Source: Methylohalobius sp. (GTDB lineage Bacteria; Pseudomonadota; Gammaproteobacteria; Methylococcales; Methylothermaceae). From it: 56,341 nt of DNA. The stretch lies in NCBI GenBank assembly GCA_046295755.1, contig JBKBMR010000001.1:1-56341 (forward strand). Reading direction: 5' to 3'. The translations under genes were made by a program, and so were the position numbers. Positions 31,016 through 38,183 of the stretch are shown in pieces; positions within the stretch are counted from its first letter, which is position 1; each line of letters starts with the position of its first letter. Below the pieces are notes generated by a model. The model saw only the letters and a program-made list of their open reading frames with translations, did not search any database and had not been told where the DNA came from.

Positions 31016-31714
31016 ATGGCAAAAATCGATATTCTGGTCGTCGAAGACGAGGCCGCCATCCGCGATATGTTGCAGTTGGTGCTGGAACAGGCGGGGTTTA
31101 AGGTCCGCCCGGCCATGAACGTCCAAGCCGCCCTGCAAGAGATAGAGCAGCATCTTCCAGATCTAATCCTGCTAGACTGGATGTTGCCCGGCATAAGCGG
31201 CGTCGATTGGGCCAAAAGGCTGCGCCGGGATGCCGCTTACAGCGACATTCCGATCATTCTGCTAACCGCCCGCAGCGAGGAGGAAGACAAAGTCTTAGGG
31301 CTAGACAGCGGGGCCGACGATTACATCACCAAACCCTTCTCCCCGCGCGAATTGATCGCCCGCATCAACGCCGTGCTAAGACGCTTTGGCAAAGGTGAGA
31401 AACCGGGCCTGATCAAAGTCGGCAGCATTCTCCTAAACCCGGAAGAACACAAGGTCGAGATCGACGGGAAGCCGATTGGCTTGAGCCCCACCGAGTACCG
31501 CTTGCTGGAATTTTTCCTCATCCATCCCGACAAAGTATACAGCCGCGGACAGTTGCTGGACCGGGTGTGGGGACGAGATGCCTACATTGAGGAACGGACC
31601 GTGGACGTGCACATCCGCCGGCTGCGCAAAATCCTGGCCGAATACGGATGCGATACGATGATCGAGACCGTGCGGGGTTTTGGATACCGCTTGACTGCTC
31701 CCATCCAACCCTGA
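31016..31714 (+). CDS. phoB: Phosphate regulon response regulator
   Basis: LLDWMLPG, GADDYITKPFSPREL, ERTVDVHIRRLRK, TVRGFGY. Confidence 0.95.
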   Translation: MAKIDILVVEDEAAIRDMLQLVLEQAGFKVRPAMNVQAALQEIEQHLPDLILLDWMLPGISGVDWAKRLRRDAAYSDIPIILLTARSEEEDKVLGLDSGADDYITKPFSPRELIARINAVLRRFGKGEKPGLIKVGSILLNPEEHKVEIDGKPIGLSPTEYRLLEFFLIHPDKVYSRGQLLDRVWGRDAYIEERTVDVHIRRLRKILAEYGCDTMIETVRGFGYRLTAPIQP

Positions 31715-31720
31715 AAATCC

Positions 31721-33031
31721 ATGACCCAGGCCTTACGCTCGGAGTTTGCCCTGTTTGCCTTGAGTTCGGCGGCAGCCCTGGCAATAGGCTGGCTCGAAGG
31801 GCAGGTTCTGGCAGGCATGGTCGTTTTTATCCTCGGCCACCTCGCCCGCCATCTTTACTATGGCTGGCGGCTTTTGAGCTGGTTGCAAAGCAGAAAAAAC
31901 GAACTGCCGCAAGGCAACGGCTTGTGGACTGAGATCTTTCACCAGCTGCGCCTCAAACAACGCCGCCACCTCCGGCGCAAGCGCCAGTTGGTCAAAATCC
32001 TAAACCGCTTCCGCCAGGCCACCGAAGCTTTGCCGGACGCTGCCGTCGTGCTCACCGATGGATTCGAGATCGAGTGGTTCAACAAAGCCGCCGCTTATCT
32101 TTTGGGACTCCAGTCCAAAGACAGGGGGCTGCGCATCGACAATCTTCTCCGCCATCCCGGATTCGTCAACTACCTAAGGCAGGCGAAATTCGAGCAAGCC
32201 ATCACGATTCAGGCGCCGGACCGCGAAAACGTCCAGCTCGAAATCCGAATCGTTCCTTACGTGCCGGACCGCTACCTGCTCCTCGCCCAGGACGTCACCC
32301 AGATCCGCCTATTGGAGCGCCAGCGCCGAGATTTTGTCGCCCACGTCTCCCACGAGCTGCGCACCCCGATCACCGTCATCAAAGGCTATCTGGAAACCCT
32401 GATGGATACTGAAACGGCCGTTTCCCCCGCTTTCCGGCCATCGCTCAGGCGCATGGACGACCAACTTCGCAGGCTTCAGTATCTGATCGACGACTTGCTG
32501 TATTTGAGCCGCCTGGAAACTACCCAGAACAAACCCGGCTCGATGCATCCGGTGGACGTGGAGCAATTGTTGGCAGACATTTTGGCGGAACTCGACCAAC
32601 TCAAGGAACAACATGCTTCCGTCCAGCTCTACATTGAATCTCGGCAGTTCCTGCTTGGAAACGAGCAGGAACTACGCAGCGCGTTTACCAACCTGATCGT
32701 CAATGCGATCAAATATACCCCCGCCACTGGCACCATCACCGTGCGCTGGTATACAACTGGGCAAGGGGCATGCCTGGAAGTCTCCGATACCGGACTCGGC
32801 ATCCCAGCCGAGCACATTCCCCGCCTGACCGAGCGTTTTTACCGAGTCCCAGGCGCCGAACAATTAAATCCAACTGGCACCGGACTGGGACTAGCGATCG
32901 TCAAGCACGTGTTAAACCGGCATCAGGCCCGCTTGGAAATCGACAGCCGCTTAGGGCAGGGTAGCACTTTCCGCTGCCATTTTCCTGCAGAACGCATGGT
33001 GCAGCCCAACGCAACGGCAGTTGCCTCATGA
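31721..33031 (+). CDS. phoR: Phosphate regulon sensor kinase
   Basis: TM N-terminus, PAS region, FVAHVSHELRTP, NAIKYT, RLTERFYRV, GTGLGLAIVKH. Confidence 0.94.
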   Translation: MTQALRSEFALFALSSAAALAIGWLEGQVLAGMVVFILGHLARHLYYGWRLLSWLQSRKNELPQGNGLWTEIFHQLRLKQRRHLRRKRQLVKILNRFRQATEALPDAAVVLTDGFEIEWFNKAAAYLLGLQSKDRGLRIDNLLRHPGFVNYLRQAKFEQAITIQAPDRENVQLEIRIVPYVPDRYLLLAQDVTQIRLLERQRRDFVAHVSHELRTPITVIKGYLETLMDTETAVSPAFRPSLRRMDDQLRRLQYLIDDLLYLSRLETTQNKPGSMHPVDVEQLLADILAELDQLKEQHASVQLYIESRQFLLGNEQELRSAFTNLIVNAIKYTPATGTITVRWYTTGQGACLEVSDTGLGIPAEHIPRLTERFYRVPGAEQLNPTGTGLGLAIVKHVLNRHQARLEIDSRLGQGSTFRCHFPAERMVQPNATAVAS

Positions 33032-33909
33032 AATCCGGTCCATTTATTAGCCGCTGGCTCGGAATGGCGCTGGGGTTGCTGATCTGGCAGGTCACTTCGG
33101 CAGATACTCTGCGCATCTACAGCGACCGGCCCTTGGCTCCAACTACCTCTTTCTGGTTCGCTAACTTCCGCACCGCCCATCCGGATGCAACTGTCTTCTC
33201 TGCAGCCGCTAACACGCTCACCGCCGTCCAGGCCCTGCTCAACCGCGAGGCCGAGCTGATCGCCATCGGTCGGGCCTTGACACCCGCCGAAGCTTTGGCT
33301 TTCCAGCAGCACCACGGCAGACTTCCGCTCGCTGTTCCGGTGGGTCTGGATGCCTTGGGCGTAGTCGTCCACCCAAGCGATCCTAGGCAAGAACTCGGCC
33401 TTGCCGAACTGGAATACCTATACGCCGGAACCCACCGCTGCCATCGCGGCCCCCCGACCTCCCTCCTATCTCCCAAAGCCCTCTATGCTCCTAGCCCAGC
33501 TAACGCCAGTCATTCCCACTTTCAAACCAAGGTGCTCTGCGGTAGCCCAATGCGCAACGTCGTCCTGCTCGCAGACGATGCCGCGGTGGTCGAGCAGATC
33601 GCCCATCAACCAGGTGCCCTAGGATTTGCCAGCCGCGCCTTGGCAACCCAAGAGGTTCGCCTGCTCCCGTTGGTTTTGCCACCCGGCCGGAGTAAAGTTC
33701 TACCCTCTGCTGACCGCCTCGCAAGCGGCCATTACCCGCTCACCTATTATCTATATTTATACCTCGATCAATCCAATCCCTTGGCGGTCGCCTTTGCCCG
33801 CACTGCCCTCCTACCTGAAAGCCAAGCAATCCTCGCCCGGCGTTTCGTGCCCCTACCCGAATCGATACGCCAACAAGCGCTAAAGCGCCTTGAGCAGTTG
33901 CGCGATTGA
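33028..33909 (+). CDS. Divergent PstS-like periplasmic binding protein
   Basis: Signal peptide; VPVGLDALGVVVHP, VVEQIAHQPGALGF, GHYPLTYYLYLY; ATGA overlap with phoR. Confidence 0.72.
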   Translation: MKSGPFISRWLGMALGLLIWQVTSADTLRIYSDRPLAPTTSFWFANFRTAHPDATVFSAAANTLTAVQALLNREAELIAIGRALTPAEALAFQQHHGRLPLAVPVGLDALGVVVHPSDPRQELGLAELEYLYAGTHRCHRGPPTSLLSPKALYAPSPANASHSHFQTKVLCGSPMRNVVLLADDAAVVEQIAHQPGALGFASRALATQEVRLLPLVLPPGRSKVLPSADRLASGHYPLTYYLYLYLDQSNPLAVAFARTALLPESQAILARRFVPLPESIRQQALKRLEQLRD

Positions 33910-33979
33910 CCTCCCTGTAGCTGAGCGGCTCTACCTGTTCGGATGGACGCTCTTCGGGGAAAAGCGCGCCAAAAACACA

Positions 33980-35293
33980 CTAGAGGCTGACGCAGCGATC
34001 CCGCCCAGCCTGTTTGGCCTGATACAGAGCTTGGTCTGCCCGCTCGAACAGGGACATCTGGGTGTCGCCAGGGCGCGCGCAGCTCAAACCACAAGAGATA
34101 GTAATAGGTACCGGTTTGCCGCGGCTGTTAAAACCGCGTCTTTTGACCGCCTCGCGCAGTTTCTCGGCGACCTTCAAGGCGTCTTCCAGCTTGGTGCCAG
34201 GTAGCAGCATGATAAATTCTTCACCGCCGTAACGACCAACGAAATCCACCGCCCGAATCCCTTCGCGTAGGGTCTGACCGACGATACGCAGCGTCTTGTC
34301 ACCAGCCTGATGACCGAAGCGGTCGTTGATCTGTTTGAAATGATCGATATCCCATATCAAGAGACTCAGGGGCTGATGGAAACGTTGCCAGCGGGAAAAT
34401 TCTTGCGCCAGCCGCTCGTCTGTTGCCTTGCGATTGGGCAGGCCAGTCACCGGATCATACAGCGCCTGTTGGTAAGCCGCTTTAAGCTGCTGGCGCAATT
34501 TTTTAGATTCCTGCTCAAGTTCCTGCAAGCGTTCGGTCAAAGCCGCGATGCGCTTTGCCGCTTGGGCATTTCTATCCGTTTCCTCTTGGTAGAAGACGCG
34601 CAATTGGCGGGTTAGCATGTCGAGCCTGTCAGTGATAACGAGCTTGAGCGCTGCCAGATCGGTTTCTTCAAACGTCTTGATGCGCAGATGAGCGACCTGG
34701 GCAGTCAAGGTCCTGTTCCAGTTCCCATCGCTAGTCTGGAGCACTCGGCCAACATCCTGAGCCTGGGCTTCCAGGAGTTGCAACTTTGCCGTTAGCTGCT
34801 CCAAAAAATCCTCAATCTCTGCCCGTTCCTTCCGTAGCCTGGTATTGATCTCGGCGAGCAAGCGTGCGGTTTCATCCAACGCTTCTTCAGACGCGCATCC
34901 CTGCTTTAAGGAAACGCTCAGTCGCTCGCCCAGATCACTTAAGCTGGGTGGAATCTCGACCACCTCGAGGAGGCGCAGCAATTGGCGGTGCAAGCCCTGC
35001 TCACCGGAGGATTTTTCGCGCCGGATTTGCTCACTGGCGCGCAACAGGACATCCGATGCAGCATCCAGCTGCTCCAAACCTTGTTCGTCGAGGAGGCCAC
35101 GGCGCACTACCTGGTGCAACTGCTCAAGGAACTGATCTAAGCGTTGGGATTGGCCTTCGAAGGCACAGATCAGGCGGGCCAGAATTTTAAGCAAACGCTT
35201 CTCGGTGCGCTCAGCACGGGCCTGCAGGGCGTCTAACTCCTCAGCAAGCGCCAGGCACTTGTTCTTCCATTTGTCCGGCTCTGCCTCGGCCAC
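33980..35293 (-). CDS. Diguanylate cyclase (coiled-coil + GGDEF domain)
   Basis: DPVTGLPNR, DIDHFKQINDRFGH, RAVD I-site, GGEEF active site. Confidence 0.92.
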   Translation of the reverse strand: MAEAEPDKWKNKCLALAEELDALQARAERTEKRLLKILARLICAFEGQSQRLDQFLEQLHQVVRRGLLDEQGLEQLDAASDVLLRASEQIRREKSSGEQGLHRQLLRLLEVVEIPPSLSDLGERLSVSLKQGCASEEALDETARLLAEINTRLRKERAEIEDFLEQLTAKLQLLEAQAQDVGRVLQTSDGNWNRTLTAQVAHLRIKTFEETDLAALKLVITDRLDMLTRQLRVFYQEETDRNAQAAKRIAALTERLQELEQESKKLRQQLKAAYQQALYDPVTGLPNRKATDERLAQEFSRWQRFHQPLSLLIWDIDHFKQINDRFGHQAGDKTLRIVGQTLREGIRAVDFVGRYGGEEFIMLLPGTKLEDALKVAEKLREAVKRRGFNSRGKPVPITISCGLSCARPGDTQMSLFERADQALYQAKQAGRDRCVSL

Positions 35294-35301
35294 GTCTTAC
35301 C

Positions 35302-36060
35302 TCATGCGGCCAGAGGCAAGGTTTCCGGTAACACGATTTCGACGCCAATCGGCAGATGATCGGAACAAACGAAATCGTACACCTGCCTCCGGCTGACTTC
35401 AAGGCTGGCGCTGACCAGAATATGGTCCAGCTTACGCAGAGGCTGCCAACTGGGGAAGGTGCGCGCATGGGGGATCGGGTCGATGAGCCCGGTACGGGTC
35501 AGAAATCGGCGCAGCTCAGGCGCGTTGGCCCCGCAGTTGAGGTCCCCCATCACGATTACATGCTCGTAACCGGCAAGGCATTCCGCGACGAAATCCAACT
35601 GCCGGCGCCGCGCTCGGGGGCTTAACGCCAGATGTAAGACGCAGAGCAATAAGGCCTCTCTGCCTTGGCCGAAGCGTACCCAGATCGCCCCTCGTCCGGG
35701 CAGGCCAGGCAGCGGCGTCTCATAGATTCCATCCGGCGGCAGGCGGCTTAAGAAACCGTTGCTGTGCAAAGCCAAGCGGCCGATCCTACGGTTGACCTGA
35801 TTGTGCCAATAAGGGAACCCGGCGCGCCTGGCTAGGTATTCGGTCTGAATCACGTAGTGGCTGCGGGCACCGCCACCGTCCACCTCCTGCAGGCCGACGA
35901 TGTCGAAGGGGCGCAAAAATTCAGCGATCCGCTCCAAATTAACAAAGCGCTTGTCGCAGGGCCAAAGGTGTTGCCAGCTTTTAAAAAGGTAGTCCTCATA
36001 GTGGCGCGTACGAATGCCGGTCTGGATGTTGAAGCTGGCAAGCCTTAAACTCTGCCCCAT
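35302..36060 (-). CDS. Endonuclease/exonuclease/phosphatase family protein
   Basis: SFNIQ, GLQEVD, MGDLN, LDHILVS, SDHLP. Confidence 0.9.
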   Translation of the reverse strand: MGQSLRLASFNIQTGIRTRHYEDYLFKSWQHLWPCDKRFVNLERIAEFLRPFDIVGLQEVDGGGARSHYVIQTEYLARRAGFPYWHNQVNRRIGRLALHSNGFLSRLPPDGIYETPLPGLPGRGAIWVRFGQGREALLLCVLHLALSPRARRRQLDFVAECLAGYEHVIVMGDLNCGANAPELRRFLTRTGLIDPIPHARTFPSWQPLRKLDHILVSASLEVSRRQVYDFVCSDHLPIGVEIVLPETLPLAA

Positions 36061-36078
36061 TTCCCCCTCCATGCATTA

Positions 36079-36711
36079 TTAGCGCGCACCGGTACTTAAG
36101 CGTTGCCGCTCGCGTTCGACCAAAGCCTTAAGCACTTCAATCATTTTGGCATAGCTTTTGGCGGTCTGGCCGGTGATCGTGTACCTGCCGTTGACCACCA
36201 GCGCCGGCACCCCGGTGATGCCGTAATCGGCTGCGATGGCTTCGGCCTGGCGCATTTTCACGTCTACCGCAAACGACCGGTAGGCATTTTTGAAGTCTTG
36301 CCGGTCGATGCCGTGGGCTGCAAAAAATTCGGCAAGTTCCTCCTCGCTTGCCATCGGTTTCTTGTCCACGTGCATCGCATTGAAGAGGTCCTTATGGATT
36401 TTGTCTACTACTCCCAAAACTTCGGCGGTAAAATAAGCCCGCGCCTGGGGCGCCCAATTGGCGCCGAAAATCACCGGCTGGCGCTTGAACACCACCTCGG
36501 CGGGTTTGCCCTTGACCCATTCCTCCAAATAAGGATCAAAGCGAAAACAGTGCGGGCAGCCATACCAGAAAAATTCGATGACCTCAACTTTGGCGGGATC
36601 TTGCGTCGGCCTCGGCGGATTTAGCTCAAGATATTCTTGAGCCACCACGCCGCCAGTCAAACACCACCCTAACAGTATCGTCCAGATGTAGCGCATCATC
36701 GGTCTCATCAT
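36079..36711 (-). CDS. dsbA: Thiol:disulfide interchange protein
   Basis: Signal peptide, EFFWYGCPHC, GVPA cis-Pro loop; exact start Met uncertain. Confidence 0.94.
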   Translation of the reverse strand: MMRPMMRYIWTILLGWCLTGGVVAQEYLELNPPRPTQDPAKVEVIEFFWYGCPHCFRFDPYLEEWVKGKPAEVVFKRQPVIFGANWAPQARAYFTAEVLGVVDKIHKDLFNAMHVDKKPMASEEELAEFFAAHGIDRQDFKNAYRSFAVDVKMRQAEAIAADYGITGVPALVVNGRYTITGQTAKSYAKMIEVLKALVERERQRLSTGAR

Positions 36712-36739
36712 CGTCCCCCATCGTTCGGTGTGGATAAGC

Positions 36740-37327
36740 TCACTTCAATCCTGCAATATAAGCGGCCACGGCTTTCATTTCGTCCTCGCTCAGCCGAGCG
36801 GCGATAGTGCGCATCGGCGTATTCTCGCCGCGCACGCCCGCAGCATAATCGCTCAAGGCTTTGACCGTGTAAGCGGCGTATTGACCCCGCACCAGCGGGA
36901 AACCTGCCGGGGCGTTCCCCTGCCCTTCAGGACCGTGGCAAGCAGCGCACGCCGGCACCTCTTTGGCGGCGATCCCGGCGCGGTAAATTGCTTCTCCTTC
37001 GGGCGGCACCTCACCCGACTCTGGCTGGGATTTTTGAGCCGCAAAATAAGCGCTCAGCTCGTTAATATCGGCTTCGCTCAGCGTTGCGGCAACGGCATTC
37101 ATGGCTGGAACGGAGCGGGTCTGATCCTTGAAAGATCGCAGTTGCGCACTCAGATACTTGGCGTTTTGTCCAGCCAGTTTCGGAAACACAGGAGTTACGC
37201 CCTTACCCGCTTCGCCATGACAGCCAACGCATACAGCAGCTTTCTCACTTACCTTGCCAGGTTGAGCAACTAACTGAGCCTCCCACATCAGACCTATCAC
37301 ACCGATCAATGTTAGTATAGTTTTCAT
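36740..37327 (-). CDS. Diheme cytochrome c4
   Basis: Signal peptide; CVGCH and CAACH heme-binding motifs; PKLAGQ. Confidence 0.92.
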   Translation of the reverse strand: MKTILTLIGVIGLMWEAQLVAQPGKVSEKAAVCVGCHGEAGKGVTPVFPKLAGQNAKYLSAQLRSFKDQTRSVPAMNAVAATLSEADINELSAYFAAQKSQPESGEVPPEGEAIYRAGIAAKEVPACAACHGPEGQGNAPAGFPLVRGQYAAYTVKALSDYAAGVRGENTPMRTIAARLSEDEMKAVAAYIAGLK

Positions 37328-37418
37328 GCTGCTCCTTAAATTCTACGGCTTAAGAGGTATCATTGTACCGATTTTGCCGTCTAAATTACCCCCACCGTGG
37401 GTTTTTTCTTGAAACTTG

Positions 37419-38021
37419 ATGAATTCTTTGTATCACCAAACTCGCTTTCTGCTCAGCACCCTTGAGTTTGCCAAAGATGTCCCCGACGAAGGGTTCGAAG
37501 TCGCCTTCGTCGGCCGTTCCAATGCCGGAAAATCTAGCGCCATCAATACGCTCACCAATCAAAAAACGCTTGCCCGCACGAGCAAAACGCCGGGACGAAC
37601 TCAGCAATTGGTATTTTTCCAAGTAGACACGAAGCGTCGCCTAGTGGATCTGCCCGGTTACGGCTTTGCTAAGGCGCCCGCCCAAGTTCAGGAGCGCTGG
37701 CGCAAAGCCCTAGAGGATTACTTCAGACAACGTAAGTGCTTGAAAGGAGCATTTTTGATCATGGACATTCGCCATCCCCTGACCGAGTTTGATTGGCGCA
37801 TGATCGAGTGGTGCATTCATTACCAACGGCCACTGCACATACTCCTGACTAAAGCCGACAAACTCAGCTACGCTTTGGCTAAAAACACTCTTCTTAAGGT
37901 GCAAAAGGTGTTAGCGGAATATTCCAGAAACTTAAGCTGCCAGATTTTTTCGGCCCCTAAGAGAATCGGCATCGACCAAGCCCATGCCGTGCTCGACCGC
38001 TGGCTAGGAGTAGAAAGGTAA
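37419..38021 (+). CDS. engB: Ribosome biogenesis GTPase YihA/EngB
   Basis: GRSNAGKSS, SKTPGRT, DLPGYG, TKADK. Confidence 0.95.
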   Translation: MNSLYHQTRFLLSTLEFAKDVPDEGFEVAFVGRSNAGKSSAINTLTNQKTLARTSKTPGRTQQLVFFQVDTKRRLVDLPGYGFAKAPAQVQERWRKALEDYFRQRKCLKGAFLIMDIRHPLTEFDWRMIEWCIHYQRPLHILLTKADKLSYALAKNTLLKVQKVLAEYSRNLSCQIFSAPKRIGIDQAHAVLDRWLGVER

Positions 38022-38056
38022 AAAAACCCCGAAGCCAAAGGGGGAGGGCTTCGGGG
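38020..38056 (-). terminator. Rho-independent terminator of the sRNA/polA
   Basis: 10-bp stem CCCCGAAGCC/GGCTTCGGGG followed by 7 U on the minus strand. Confidence 0.85.
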
Positions 38057-38144
38057 CCAATGATGCTCCGGCTTGGGGGAACCGGAGCCGCTCGCTACTC
38101 ATAAGGGAGGAAATGAGTAGATTTGGCGTCGTTCCAGACACTTG
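38020..38144 (-). ncRNA. Candidate three-hairpin sRNA downstream of polA (positional analogue of Spot42/ErsA/sX13)
   Basis: Perfect stems at 38095-38120, 38065-38088 and 38027-38056 with loops UUCCUCCCUU, UUCCCCCAAG and CUCCCCCUUU; U7 tail; upstream sigmaE-type promoter; 5' end estimated. Confidence 0.75.
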
Positions 38145-38149
38145 CCCAA

Positions 38150-38177
38150 TTAGAAGGCAAGAGTGAGCAAAAGTTCC
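38150..38177 (-). promoter_or_regulatory. Putative sigmaE (RpoE/AlgU) promoter
   Basis: GGAACTT (38177-38171), 16-nt spacer, TCTAA (38154-38150). Confidence 0.7.
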
Positions 38178-38183
38178 CCAACT

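Noticed and set aside
38020-38120. The same hairpins read on the plus strand as a GGA-loop CsrA sponge, or as a CRISPR/REP array
   Set aside because: Promoter and U-tail are both on the minus strand; the stems differ in sequence, so they are not repeats; no cas genes
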